Shown: piece by piece, positions 10,893 to 21,840 of the stretch
How positions within the stretch are numbered: the stretch's first letter is position 1
Layout: each line of letters opens with the position of its first letter
Source: Fibrobacterales bacterium
GTDB taxonomy: Bacteria > Fibrobacterota > Fibrobacteria > Fibrobacterales > JAOPTW01
Length of the DNA: 64,000 bases
NCBI GenBank assembly: GCA_051532035.1
Contig: JAOPTW010000036.1
Span: 1-64,000, forward strand
Direction of reading: 5' to 3'
Program-made: the position numbers and the translations under genes
Notes under the pieces: model-generated
The model's database searches: none
Told to the model about the DNA's origin: nothing
The model's input: the letters and a program-made list of their open reading frames with translations, nothing else

Positions 10893-12374
10893 CTATGCGT
10901 CAGTATTATCAATTTTTTGCATTGCAGTCATTGAAGCACGAAGCTCTTCACCAACAACTTCAACTTCAGTGTATCTGATTTCTTCATTTACTGTGATAAG
11001 CTCTTGGTTATCAACTTGGTTTGTTTTACCAGCATTGAAATCCGCACCTAACCACTCAGGTTTAATTGCATCAACCCAATCTTTAAGAAGAGGTACTGCA
11101 GCGTGTGAGAAAAGGTAACATCCATACTCAGCAGTATCAGAAATTACTTTGTTCATCTCATAGAGTTTCATACGTGCAATGGTGTTTGCAATGAGTGGTG
11201 TTTCGTGAAGTGACTCATAGTATGCAGATTCAGGTTTGATACCTGCAGCAACCATTGTGTCAAATGCAAGTTCAACACCCGCTTTAAGGATCGCAACAAC
11301 AACAAGACCTTTATCATAATACTCTTGTTCTGTGATTTCCATGTCACCACATACTGATTTCTCAAATGCAGTTTCGTTTGTTGCTTCTCTCCATGCAAGA
11401 AGGTTTTTATCACCTTCAGCCCAGTCTTTCATCATTGTTTCTGAGAAAGTACCGTCGATAACATCATCCATATGTTTATTAAATAATGGAGTCATGATCT
11501 GTTTAAGCTCTTGAGCAAGGTTAAAACACTCAATTTTTGCAGGGTTAGAGAGTCTATCCATCATGTTGGTAATACCACCATGTTTAAGACCTTCACCAAC
11601 TACTTCCCATGAGTATTGGATAAACTTAGATGCCCATTTTGAGTCAACACCCATAGCAATAAGTTTATCGAAGAAAAGTATTGAACCAGTTTGGAGAACA
11701 CCACAAAGAATAGTCTGCTCACCCATAAGGTCAGATTTAACTTCAGCAACGAAAGAAGACATAAGTACGCCTGCTTTATCGCCACCAGTACCACAACAGT
11801 ATGCTTTTGCTATATCAAGACCATCGCCATTAGGATCATTTTCACGGTGAACCGCGATAAGTGTTGGAACACCAAATCCACGTTGGAATTCTGCGCGCAC
11901 TTCTGATGCAGGAGATTTAGGAGCAACCATTACCACAGTAATGTCTTCACGAACTTGCATCCCTTCTTCAACAATATTAAAACCGTGTGAGTAAGAAAGA
12001 CATGCACCTTTTTTCATAAGAGGCACTACTTTATTTACCACTGGTGTGTGATATTTATCTGGAGTAAGGTTAAGAACAAGGTCCGCCTTAGGAACCATTT
12101 CTTCATAAGTACCGTACTCAAAGCCATTCTCTTTTGCATTATTCAAAGGAAGGTCTTTATTAGCGATTGTTTCATCTCTGAGTGCGTAAGAAATATCTAA
12201 TCCGCTGTCTCTCATGTTTTGACCTTGAGCCAAGCCTTGCGCTCCACAACCGATAATTACAATTTTCTTACCTTTAAGGTACTCAACACCGTTGAACTCT
12301 GAAGGGTCCATAAAACGACATTTACCAAGCTCTTCGAGCTGGATACGTAAAGGCAGGGTATTAAAGTAATTCAT
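10893..12374 (-). CDS. ilvC: Ketol-acid reductoisomerase, class II (long form)
   Basis: Start [10 protein letters not shown] at 12374 (RBS AAGGAA); [20 protein letters not shown] and [12 protein letters not shown]; duplicated C-terminal domain as in E. coli IlvC. Confidence 0.96.
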   Translation of the reverse strand: MNYFNTLPLRIQLEELGKCRFMDPSEFNGVEYLKGKKIVIIGCGAQGLAQGQNMRDSGLDISYALRDETIANKDLPLNNAKENGFEYGTYEEMVPKADLVLNLTPDKYHTPVVNKVVPLMKKGACLSYSHGFNIVEEGMQVREDITVVMVAPKSPASEVRAEFQRGFGVPTLIAVHRENDPNGDGLDIAKAYCCGTGGDKAGVLMSSFVAEVKSDLMGEQTILCGVLQTGSILFFDKLIAMGVDSKWASKFIQYSWEVVGEGLKHGGITNMMDRLSNPAKIECFNLAQELKQIMTPLFNKHMDDVIDGTFSETMMKDWAEGDKNLLAWREATNETAFEKSVCGDMEITEQEYYDKGLVVVAILKAGVELAFDTMVAAGIKPESAYYESLHETPLIANTIARMKLYEMNKVISDTAEYGCYLFSHAAVPLLKDWVDAIKPEWLGADFNAGKTNQVDNQELITVNEEIRYTEVEVVGEELRASMTAMQKIDNTDA

Positions 12375-12671
12375 ATACTTTCCTTTTTTTATTATTTCTG
12401 TGTTATCAAATTTTGTGATCAAATGTATTAAAAAAGAGGACATATTGGTACAAAACGCCCATATTTAGGTGAAATCTAACCAATTTTAAACTTATTTTCC
12501 ACCCTTTCTCTGTATCACTCCCTATAGAAAATACCGCTAGTAGGAAGAGTTTTAGTGCCCTAATGATCATTTTGAGCACTATATGGGTAAACGTAAAAAA
12601 AACACTCTGAATTATTTTGAATGAATATAGTTTAATGAGACCACACTTACACTTCGACATATCAGGGGATT

Positions 12672-13964
12672 ATGCGCTATTTCTATCTTTTTTCAATTCT
12701 GACACTTTGTATTAGTTGCGTTTCAAATAACCCGGAATCAATGGAAGTGAATGCTTCTGACAGTTCAAGCATGCCAGAAGAAAGTTCTACAACCACTTCC
12801 TTACCTTCATCCGAACATTACGACTCATTCTCTTCGGAAACTATGCAGAGCTCATTTAACAAGTGGTCAACACCATCATCCGACTCTGAATTATCTCACG
12901 AACCTGAATCATCCGAGGAATCGTCAACATCAAGTTCATCATATCTTACTCAGCCAACCCCTACTGAGGGTACTATTGAAGCAAGTAAAGTTACGGTCGA
13001 AGGGTACGGGATTTTTATCGAAGACTTAATTGAAGACTCTTGGGTCAACCGTAGACCTTTTGTAATAAAAGGAGTATGCTGGTCACCTGTCGATAAAGGC
13101 GCAAATAATAATAACACCAATTTTACGGGGCGCGTCGCAGAAGACGCCGCCCTTATGGAGGCCATCCACATTAATGCAGTGCGTACCTATGGAACTCTCC
13201 CGGCAGACAACAACGGCACCGCAGTTCTTGATAAACTTTATGAACACGGGATTCGTATCATAATGGTTGCAGCTTGGGGCGGCATATCTACAGACGACTG
13301 GAAAAATACCATTAACCACTTTAAAGATCATCCAGGTATACTTGCTTGGCAGATAGGAAATGAGTTTAACTATAATAATCTCTATAAATTCAACAACCTC
13401 AATGAATCAAAAGAGTATGTACAGAATCTCATCAATATTACTCATGAAACGGACCCCAACCATCCGACCATTCTCGGCTGGGGACACCCTACTGATGCAG
13501 ACTATTTTAATCATATTAACGCAATGGATTTTGATATACTTGCAGGTCAAGTATATACCGGTGACTCTTTTGGAAAGCTCTTTAAGTATCATAAAGACTT
13601 TAGTGACAAGCCGTTTTTTATCTCTGAATATGGGGCTGATAGCTACAACCATAACATCAACGCTGAAGACTATGATTCTCAAGCATATGCGGTTAAAAAG
13701 TTAGTTCTCGAAATCCGAGATAACCTTGCTGCAACAGGAGAAGGAAGTGCAACAGCTATTGGTGGCACCATTTTTGAGTGGAATGATGAGTGGTGGAAGG
13801 CGGGTAACTTTGATAGTCAGGATGTTAAAGGGATTGCTCCCGGTGGTGGCCCTTATCCCGATGCAACATTTGATGAAGAGTACTGGGGCGTCCTAACCCT
13901 TGATCGTTCAAAAAAGTCCGCATATGATGCACTCGGTGAAGCCTACAATGAGTACACTTACTAG
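12672..13964 (+). CDS. Clan GH-A glycoside hydrolase lipoprotein (GH2-like TIM barrel) with Ser-rich linker
   Basis: Lipobox CISC, poly-Ser linker, NAVRTY, WQIGNE (acid/base), ISEYGAD (nucleophile) and FEWNDEWWK. Confidence 0.8.
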   Translation: MRYFYLFSILTLCISCVSNNPESMEVNASDSSSMPEESSTTTSLPSSEHYDSFSSETMQSSFNKWSTPSSDSELSHEPESSEESSTSSSSYLTQPTPTEGTIEASKVTVEGYGIFIEDLIEDSWVNRRPFVIKGVCWSPVDKGANNNNTNFTGRVAEDAALMEAIHINAVRTYGTLPADNNGTAVLDKLYEHGIRIIMVAAWGGISTDDWKNTINHFKDHPGILAWQIGNEFNYNNLYKFNNLNESKEYVQNLINITHETDPNHPTILGWGHPTDADYFNHINAMDFDILAGQVYTGDSFGKLFKYHKDFSDKPFFISEYGADSYNHNINAEDYDSQAYAVKKLVLEIRDNLAATGEGSATAIGGTIFEWNDEWWKAGNFDSQDVKGIAPGGGPYPDATFDEEYWGVLTLDRSKKSAYDALGEAYNEYTY

Positions 13965-14111
13965 AAGCTTTCTCCTAGTTATACTCTATATTTGACCTAA
14001 CACATTCATATTTAATTACTTACAGTGTACACACAAAGCATAAATATATGGCAGAGTTGTCATTTTTGATGTACATTTTAGGATAAGTAGGTAAAAACGA
14101 GCAGAATTGTT

Positions 14112-14426
14112 TTGTTGAAAGATAGAGCACAAGAGCTTCTTTCGGTGTTAGAGGCTATGATTGAATCACTTGAAAAGCCAGGTAATGACTTGGACTCAGG
14201 TACGCTCAATATCGTGCGACGACTTAAACGTCACTCTGAGGCATTTAAAATTGCTATTACCGAAACCAAAGAGAAACGTGACGCTCACAAAGCAGTTAAG
14301 TACCTCAACTCTATTATTACCGATATCGACAATGCAACCAGTTGTGTCCCTGGCTCATTTTTTAGTCAATATTGGGACCTCAATACACTCTTTCAAGACC
14401 GCCGATTTAGTGACGATCCACTATAA
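14112..14426 (+). CDS. Hypothetical helical protein
   Basis: 104-aa ORF with TTG start, upstream of a bidirectional terminator. Confidence 0.55.
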   Translation: MLKDRAQELLSVLEAMIESLEKPGNDLDSGTLNIVRRLKRHSEAFKIAITETKEKRDAHKAVKYLNSIITDIDNATSCVPGSFFSQYWDLNTLFQDRRFSDDPL

Positions 14427-14526
14427 TCTATTACACCTTTTATTTCAGAACGCTTTGAGTAAGTTCTTTTAAAACTAAAAGCCAGGACCGAGCTTTCTAT
14501 TTATGTGAATGCTTATTAGGTCAAAC

Positions 14527-14560
14527 AAAAAAAGGTCCGGATTACTCCGGACCTTTTTTT
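14527..14560. terminator. Bidirectional intrinsic terminator
   Basis: AAAAAAAGGTCCGGA-ttac-TCCGGACCTTTTTTT between convergent genes. Confidence 0.88.
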
Positions 14561-14576
14561 GTTTCTATACAAAACT

Positions 14577-16151
14577 CTAAGCTGCAGGCGCTGCAACTTT
14601 AGGTTCTGTTACTTTTTTTACAGGTTTTACATGTATCTCTCGTTTACCCGGCATTCCACCAAGTTCAAGAATCAAGTTTGCTGCTGGACAGGCAAATGCA
14701 TGAGGACTAACGTATAGCGGGTCATTCAGCTTTTTGTCTTTCTTAAGTATTTCATACGCTTTTTCCATTGTGAGGCCCGTCATTTCAAGGGCACGATCAA
14801 CCTCATTCTGAGCCGCTTGTTTCGCTTTAAAAAGTTGCATTTGAACACGGCTATAGAAGTTAGCGGGAGCATCTCCATTTGTCTCAACTGAAACAAAAAT
14901 ACTATTTGGGTATTTTTCAGAGATAATAGGCTGAATACCATCACTCACCCCATTTGAACTTAAACAGGTAAACGGTTTTACGCTGAGTACCATATTTGCA
15001 TGGTTATGCTCAAAAGTATTTATGTGATGCCCAATCTCCATATTGTCTTCACCACCATCGAGATGATTATCAATATATTCGTGAGCTACTTCACCAAGTG
15101 CATCGTGATCAGTTAAATGGAACCTTCTTAACCCCGAAATATATCCCAGTGAATAAAAAATACCACGCATTATACGATCACCAATCCATAGCTTTCTTTT
15201 AAGTGACTTGATATTAACCCCATCAAGACCGCCATCACCAGAATCCTGAAATGACATATCGAGACGACGGTCTGCTTCCCAGCGTGCACGCCACATCTGA
15301 TGCAGTAACCAATCAGTAATAGTCTCAATCACTGGTTCAGCACCTTCATTTTCTAAAAATCGATAGAGATCATAGTTTCCGTCACCTTCGGTAGTCTTTG
15401 CCCAAAATTCCCCTTGAATAAGTACTTTGGGCCGCACTTGCAGTTTATCGGTTTTAACTTTTTTCAAAATTTTGCGACACTTCCAGGCAGCAACAAGCAG
15501 AGATTTTTTCTTCTGTAATGCTTTCTGTATCACATTGCGACAACGATCAGCAGCTCGGTCAGCGGTCCCTTTTTCAACTTCGTAGGTACGAAGACGCTTA
15601 TGCATCACGTTGATAACATCAGCAAAAAGAATAGAGGTAAAAATACGGATAAGCTCACGCTTTGTCATATCGAGACCAGAAGACTGTTCTGAACTCACTT
15701 CACCTGAACGGGTAAGAAGAATAACACGAAATCCTTCAAAACCACTATCTCTTAGGGCCTTACGATACTCAGTTGCATACATCCCCATTCGACACGGACC
15801 ACAACCACCAGCAGTCATAAAGACATAATTCTTTTTAATATCTTCGATAGGAATCTTTTTCTCATCTCTCAGATAGACCAATTGTTGAATAAGGCTTCCT
15901 ACGGTAAAGTAGGTAGGATTACACTGACCGCGATTCCCATACTCCTTGCCAAACTCAAGGGCTTTATTACCTGGAGTTTCGAGAGGGCGAAATCGAATAC
16001 CTACTGGTTTCAGTGCCGCTCTAAGCAGTTTGATGGTATTCTCTGGCAACCCAGTAGAAAGAACAGTTACGTGTGCTCGTTCTTCAAGAGTAAACGACTG
16101 GGTATGATTGTCACTCCATTGTTCACGAATATTATTTAAGACAGCTGTCAT
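14577..16151 (-). CDS. 2-hydroxyacyl-CoA dehydratase/reductase-like Fe-S subunit (PlsR-like)
   Basis: GNRGQCNPTYFTVG, GGCGPCRMGMY and SVKPFTCLS Cys motifs; 11 bp downstream of the activase gene. Confidence 0.75.
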   Translation of the reverse strand: MTAVLNNIREQWSDNHTQSFTLEERAHVTVLSTGLPENTIKLLRAALKPVGIRFRPLETPGNKALEFGKEYGNRGQCNPTYFTVGSLIQQLVYLRDEKKIPIEDIKKNYVFMTAGGCGPCRMGMYATEYRKALRDSGFEGFRVILLTRSGEVSSEQSSGLDMTKRELIRIFTSILFADVINVMHKRLRTYEVEKGTADRAADRCRNVIQKALQKKKSLLVAAWKCRKILKKVKTDKLQVRPKVLIQGEFWAKTTEGDGNYDLYRFLENEGAEPVIETITDWLLHQMWRARWEADRRLDMSFQDSGDGGLDGVNIKSLKRKLWIGDRIMRGIFYSLGYISGLRRFHLTDHDALGEVAHEYIDNHLDGGEDNMEIGHHINTFEHNHANMVLSVKPFTCLSSNGVSDGIQPIISEKYPNSIFVSVETNGDAPANFYSRVQMQLFKAKQAAQNEVDRALEMTGLTMEKAYEILKKDKKLNDPLYVSPHAFACPAANLILELGGMPGKREIHVKPVKKVTEPKVAAPAA

Positions 16152-16162
16152 GAATATTCTCC

Positions 16163-19100
16163 TTACAGGGTGTCTGCAATAACTGACTCGAGTACCAAAG
16201 GTTCTGTCGCCTCTTTGTCATTGCGCATGGCTAGCATTCTCTTTTCGAGATTGTAGGCATAGGTTTTAATTCTAATTTTCATCGATCCTGCAGGTTTTGT
16301 TTGATCAAGATCGTGTAATGCCGAGAATGGAACCTGGGATGCGTTTATTATCCCATCGATAATGCCATAGGTCGGAGCGTCATGACCGCACTTAAAATTA
16401 GAGAGGTCAAGAATTGCGATATTTGGATGACGAGCAGCAAATTTCGCACCCCACACTTTTTGTGCAGAGTTAGTACTAAAGTTTTCTGGCCATACATCAT
16501 TAATCTCTAATGGTGAATCCACGCCTTCTTTAGCAAGGTCAGCTTCAAAATATTTAAAGAGCCATTCAGGATCTTTGGGTATAGAGCGCATAGAAAGTAC
16601 TGGAAACCCAAGTGCCTGAAACTCTTCTGTAATTTGATGAGAAATCCCTGGGTCACTATGGTACGGTCTTCCCAGCACAAGAATCGCAATTCTATTCTCG
16701 CGTTCTACGGTTTCAATAATCTCTTTACCTTGTTCTTCTAATTCAGCCTCATACTCTTTCCATGCTTTAAACCCTTCATCAACTGCAAAGTCTAATTCAT
16801 CTTTTGTAATTTGAAGGAGCTCACTCCATGTTTCAAACAGTTGTTTTTTAAGATAGTTTGGCTCAGTAAAGCTTACAGGATCGTCAATGTACTCAACATT
16901 ATTCTTTGCAAAATAATCAGTTTCTTTAGTAAATGACACTCGCATTACTTTGGGTGTACCTTGTACTACCGGGCACGCTGTTTGACCCATTATTTTATTG
17001 AGATAACTTGGGATTCGAGTTATACATGGGAAATAGATGTAATCGAGTGGTTTACGCGCGTGCTTTTTATAGATCAAATTGTGGATATGCGCCTGCGCAA
17101 CCTTTGCCGGATAACAGGGGTCAATAGACCCATATTTCATTCCCTCTTTCGACATTTTTTCTGTCGTGTCATCACTAAAGACAACATTTTTCTCTGGGAC
17201 ACCAAGAGTTTCAAAGAAGGTTCTGAAAAATGGACCAGTCACCCACATATTGAGCGCCTTAGGCATACCAATTCTGAGTTGTGCTCTTCGCTCCATCGCT
17301 TCTATAGATGAACGTTGAAACCCACGAGTATATTCTTTTCTTTTTTTAACCCCAATCCAGTTTTTAACCTCTTTAGTGTCGCGCGTCGACTCTCCTTCTG
17401 GGGGAAGCTCTGATGCATCATAAAAGTGTTTGAAACATTTTTTCGCTTCTGTAGTTACCATATTGGGGTTATCAGTTAATACCGCACGAAGCTCTTGTTG
17501 CATCTTTTTGAGGGCGGCAGTATCTTCAACAGTACCCTTATCGCATGAAAATCCTGAAATATAGCGAGCCGAAACTCCCGAAGGAGATTTTGTATCAATA
17601 TAGGTCCGCGAGCAGTTGTTAGCGCAAAAATTACATTTAGTACTTTCATCATTTTTAGTTGTATATTCAAGATTAATGGTATCTTCGAGTCCTATAAAGG
17701 TTGAATATCCACGACTCTCAACAACATCAATTGTTTCAAAAGCAGCGCCAATTGCCCCAGCCTCTCCACAATGGGGATGGACAAAAACTTCACCGCCCGG
17801 AACACGCTCCATAATATAATCTACTTGTGCTTTTACTGCCGCTTGGTTGTACTGTGTTCCTCCTTGGAGGACATAGCGAGTACCAAGCTCAGCAAGGCGC
17901 GGTATCTGTACCACATATTGCCATACATTCTTAGGGAGTACTTGAGCAAGCCCAGCCATGAGCTCTTCTTTAGAGAAACCCTCTTTTTGAAAGTTTACTC
18001 TATCTGAATCTAAGAATACCGCACACCCATAATTAAAGAGTGGTGCAAAGTCAGCATTAAAAGCAGTTTCTGCAAACTCTGTGATAGGTACATTAAACTG
18101 ATCAGCCATAGCTTGTAGAAGCATGCCATTACCAGCACTACACTGATTGGAAAGTCTAAAGTTGCGAAGCTCACCATTTTTTAAGAAGAGTACTTTAATA
18201 TCTTGTCCACCAATATCACAGATTACATCAACATCACCAAAGTAACTTACAGAACTTTTCATGTGGGCAATCGTTTCAATGATATTAACATCGGCTTGTA
18301 CTGATTTTTCGAGAACTGGTGCTGCATATCCAGTCGCACCAAAACCGAGAACTTTTAAGGTTGCACCAAAGCTCTCTACGTATGCTTTTAATTGTGCCAA
18401 CATCTCTTTGGTATCTTTAATAGGATTACCTTTTGAGAGTACATATTCTTTTTTAAGGATATTTCTGTTGCGATCCATAAGAACACATTTTGAAGAGGTC
18501 GAGCCTCCATCCAGGCCAATATAGCCTTCAACTACTTCACCTTTTTCAAAAGTTGCTGATATAAATTTTGGTATACCATACTTTGCTCTAAAAGCATCGA
18601 GCTCATCCTGATCTTTAACCAGTGCTTTTGAGACTTTATCTTTAAGGTGCTCTTTTCTGCCACCTTTCGTAAATGCTTCAAGACCACCCGCGCCTTTATA
18701 AACACCCTCTTCGCCAGTGAGTTTTAAACCATAGAGTACTGCGCCAAATGCTGCATAAAATTCTGAGTTTTCAGGAACGACAATCAACTCTTCTATAGGG
18801 CGCTCTTTATCATATAAAACACCGCGTTCTTCCCAAATTTCAGGAATTCTATAACGCCAGCACTGCTGAAGAAAAGGCAGGTACGTATTTGGGCCGCCCA
18901 AGAGTATCACTTCAGGAAGAAGTGTATTCCCTTTCGTTAACACTGAAAGGTTTTGATTTACAATTGCATCAGCGAGAGAATTAAGTATCTCAGGAGCAGG
19001 TACCCCTGACTTTACTAAATTCACAATATCAGTTTCGGCAAAAACACCACACTTTGCTGCCACGTGGTGTAATTTAGATGCGTCAAATTGAAGCTTCTGT

Positions 19101-19573
19101 GCCTCACCTTCTTCCGCACCCACTTTGATAAAGCACTTATCAATAGTTGCCCCAGTACCCGATGCACATTTTTCATTCATATTGGTGATCGCGGTTTTTT
19201 GTCCAGTCTCGGGGTTTTCTTTGAACACAATAACTTTGGCATCTTGCCCACCAAGCTCTACTACACTGTGTGCGTTCGGATGAAGTTCCTCAACAGACAT
19301 CGCTACCGCATTCACCTCTTGAACAAATTTTGCTCCAAGATGAGGAATGAGAGGTGTTGCTCCAGAGCCCGTTATAAATATTTTTGTCTCTTGATCTGCA
19401 ATTGCTGGCACTGCTGCTTCTGCTTCTTTAAGCAAAGACAACAATTTTTCGGCTTGCTTAGTATGATGCCGTTCATATTTTTGCCAGACAATTTTTTTAG
19501 TCTCCCGCTCAACTACTATGAGTTTGCAGGTCGTAGATCCAATGTCGGTGCCGAGCACATATTGTAGGGCCAT
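16163..19573 (-). CDS. Double BcrAD/BadFG ATPase (CoA-enzyme activase) plus DUF2229-type domain (PlsA-like)
   Basis: Two ASKHA modules (DIGSTT...ELGGQDAK...KCASGTG...KCGVF and DGGSTS...DIGGQDIK...QCSAGNG...GCAVF), a CNFCANNC...C cluster, PCYPAK, CP and FKCGHD. Likely ATG at 19573. Confidence 0.85.
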   Translation of the reverse strand: MALQYVLGTDIGSTTCKLIVVERETKKIVWQKYERHHTKQAEKLLSLLKEAEAAVPAIADQETKIFITGSGATPLIPHLGAKFVQEVNAVAMSVEELHPNAHSVVELGGQDAKVIVFKENPETGQKTAITNMNEKCASGTGATIDKCFIKVGAEEGEAQKLQFDASKLHHVAAKCGVFAETDIVNLVKSGVPAPEILNSLADAIVNQNLSVLTKGNTLLPEVILLGGPNTYLPFLQQCWRYRIPEIWEERGVLYDKERPIEELIVVPENSEFYAAFGAVLYGLKLTGEEGVYKGAGGLEAFTKGGRKEHLKDKVSKALVKDQDELDAFRAKYGIPKFISATFEKGEVVEGYIGLDGGSTSSKCVLMDRNRNILKKEYVLSKGNPIKDTKEMLAQLKAYVESFGATLKVLGFGATGYAAPVLEKSVQADVNIIETIAHMKSSVSYFGDVDVICDIGGQDIKVLFLKNGELRNFRLSNQCSAGNGMLLQAMADQFNVPITEFAETAFNADFAPLFNYGCAVFLDSDRVNFQKEGFSKEELMAGLAQVLPKNVWQYVVQIPRLAELGTRYVLQGGTQYNQAAVKAQVDYIMERVPGGEVFVHPHCGEAGAIGAAFETIDVVESRGYSTFIGLEDTINLEYTTKNDESTKCNFCANNCSRTYIDTKSPSGVSARYISGFSCDKGTVEDTAALKKMQQELRAVLTDNPNMVTTEAKKCFKHFYDASELPPEGESTRDTKEVKNWIGVKKRKEYTRGFQRSSIEAMERRAQLRIGMPKALNMWVTGPFFRTFFETLGVPEKNVVFSDDTTEKMSKEGMKYGSIDPCYPAKVAQAHIHNLIYKKHARKPLDYIYFPCITRIPSYLNKIMGQTACPVVQGTPKVMRVSFTKETDYFAKNNVEYIDDPVSFTEPNYLKKQLFETWSELLQITKDELDFAVDEGFKAWKEYEAELEEQGKEIIETVERENRIAILVLGRPYHSDPGISHQITEEFQALGFPVLSMRSIPKDPEWLFKYFEADLAKEGVDSPLEINDVWPENFSTNSAQKVWGAKFAARHPNIAILDLSNFKCGHDAPTYGIIDGIINASQVPFSALHDLDQTKPAGSMKIRIKTYAYNLEKRMLAMRNDKEATEPLVLESVIADTL

Positions 19574-20082
19574 AATCAAGAAAACCAATTAAAAGAACAA
19601 TAAAGCAATATACATTTTTATCCCTTTTTTGTAACAGGATGAAGGGGGCAAACAGTACATCTTGGTAATTAGTAATTACAAACTGGGAATACAAAATGCC
19701 TTTTTTATTCCACTAAACAGACATAAACCCAATAAGTCCCAATTATTAAACCACCCAACACTGAACTGAATACAACTTGCAAGGTGGTACGCCTTTGTCT
19801 CTATTGTAGAGACGAAACCCGCGCACGTTACAAGTGTAGCGCTCCTCTCTGCCAAAATGAAAGCCATCGTTACTTATTCAACGGTACATACCTCCCCCTT
19901 AAGCCCAATGACAATAACCATACCAAAGCCTCCTTTCTCATATCCAAGCCGCTCTTTTTATAGCGATTCTCACCATAAATACATACCACCCCGCTTACAA
20001 TAGTATTACACTATAGAAAAGGGATTAAAGTTCTAAAACCAATAGGCATCCCCCAAAGACTAAAACAAATAAAGAGATACCA

Positions 20083-21840
20083 ATGATTCTTAACTGGATT
20101 AAAAAGCACATTACACAACTTATTACAGCGCTCTTTATTTTGGTTATATCATTAGTTTCACTCTTTGCTCTCAAAGCAATCAAAGAGCAAGAGGAGAGAA
20201 AATTATACGAATCACTTAAGACAGTGCTCCATACTACTCTCGCAGGACTTGACATGTGGGGCTCATACGCTCAAGCAGAGATTACCAACCTCACTGAAAA
20301 ACCAGAGTTACTCCTCCTGACTCGAAACCTTATCAATGAACACAAACAAGAACGAGATTTAGTTTCAAGCCCCACACAAAAGCTCCTTCGTGAACTTATG
20401 GCTCCCTTTATCAAAAAAAATGGATATAACGGTTTTTTCATTATCGGCACCGACCGAAAAAGCTTAGCATCAATGCGCAATAACAATATCGGCACTCACA
20501 ATTTTATTGATATCCACAGGAAAGAGTATCTTGATGAAGCCTTTTCTGGTCTCACCCGATTTATCCCAACCATTCAATCAGATGCCCCTCTTAACCCATT
20601 AAATAAACTTATGGGTCGTAATGATCCAACAATGTTTATCGCAACGCCAATCATAATGGATTCTGGGGAGATTCTTGCTGTGCTCACGCTACGCATTGAC
20701 CCCACCCAAAATTTCACTCGAATAATTCAATTGGGGCGCTACAGTAAAAGTGGCGAAACCTATGCCATTGACACAAAGGGCAGACTCGTAAGCAACAGCA
20801 GATTTGACGATCAACTGCACCGGATTCGACTTATTAAGCCTCGAGAAAAGAGTATCCTTAACATTATTATTCGTGATCCCGGCAAAAATATTTTAACACA
20901 TAATTACACCCAAAATGAAAAAGAACAATGGCCCCTCACCAAAATGGCACAATCACTCACTCAGAAACAGAGTGGATTTGATATGAAAGGTTACCGTGAT
21001 TATCGAGGGATCGAGGTCTGCGGTGTATGGGTTTGGGACACCGATCTTGGTATTGGAGTGGTTACTGAAATCGATAAGGATGAAGCCTTTGGCACGTTTA
21101 GTCAAACTCTTATAATTTTACAAGTGGTTCTCGCAATCATTGTTGCCCTTGCTGTTGTATTTTTTCTCCTCATCAACAAAATCAAGCACAAAAACCAAGA
21201 AGCACTAAAACGCGCCCATAATGAACTTGAAAATCGGGTACAGCTCCGCACAAAAGAATTACTGCAAGCTCAAAATGAATTGCAAATTCTTAATAGAGAG
21301 CTGGAAGCACTCTCTATTACCGATAGCCTTACTGGACTTTCAAACAGGAGATCATTTGATAACCATCTTCAGAAGGAGTGGGGCCGCTGCCACCGCTATA
21401 ACAAACCGATCACCCTTATTATGTTTGACATAGATGATTTCAAAGCATTTAATGACAACTACGGCCACCTTGCCGGTGATGAGTGTCTTCAAAAAGTAGG
21501 TCTGTTTTTACTCCAGCTCAAAGTAGCACAGCGACCCGGCGACATTATGGCACGCTATGGCGGTGAAGAATTTGCAGTAATACTTTCCGATGCAGATGAA
21601 GAGTATGGCGCCACTGTTGCGCTTTCCATATTGGATGGCATTAGTAATTTACGGATTTCCCATGGATATCATACAGACTCCCAGATTGACCATGTAACCG
21701 TTAGTGTCGGCCTTGCAACCTTTAGAAACCTACGCGACAAAACAATACCTCAACTAATAAAAGCGGCTGATGAGGGCCTCTACAGGGCAAAAGCTGAAGG
21801 GAAAAATACAATCAACCAAAATGACCAAAGTACCATTTAA
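20083..21840 (+). CDS. Membrane diguanylate cyclase with periplasmic Cache-like sensor
   Basis: Two TM segments, YRDYRG...VCGVW, coiled coil, DSLTGLSNRR, DIDDFKAFNDNYGH, RPGD I-site and intact GGEEF. Confidence 0.93.
   Translation: MILNWIKKHITQLITALFILVISLVSLFALKAIKEQEERKLYESLKTVLHTTLAGLDMWGSYAQAEITNLTEKPELLLLTRNLINEHKQERDLVSSPTQKLLRELMAPFIKKNGYNGFFIIGTDRKSLASMRNNNIGTHNFIDIHRKEYLDEAFSGLTRFIPTIQSDAPLNPLNKLMGRNDPTMFIATPIIMDSGEILAVLTLRIDPTQNFTRIIQLGRYSKSGETYAIDTKGRLVSNSRFDDQLHRIRLIKPREKSILNIIIRDPGKNILTHNYTQNEKEQWPLTKMAQSLTQKQSGFDMKGYRDYRGIEVCGVWVWDTDLGIGVVTEIDKDEAFGTFSQTLIILQVVLAIIVALAVVFFLLINKIKHKNQEALKRAHNELENRVQLRTKELLQAQNELQILNRELEALSITDSLTGLSNRRSFDNHLQKEWGRCHRYNKPITLIMFDIDDFKAFNDNYGHLAGDECLQKVGLFLLQLKVAQRPGDIMARYGGEEFAVILSDADEEYGATVALSILDGISNLRISHGYHTDSQIDHVTVSVGLATFRNLRDKTIPQLIKAADEGLYRAKAEGKNTINQNDQSTI

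Noticed and set aside
10893..12443. ORF-track 516-aa version of ilvC
   Set aside because: The first 23 codons precede the conserved MNYFNTL start and its RBS, so the start was moved to 12374.
19574..20082. 500-bp intergenic region and 63-aa ORF as a possible riboswitch or leader peptide
   Set aside because: No riboswitch consensus or convincing structure was recognised; an Rfam search would be needed.
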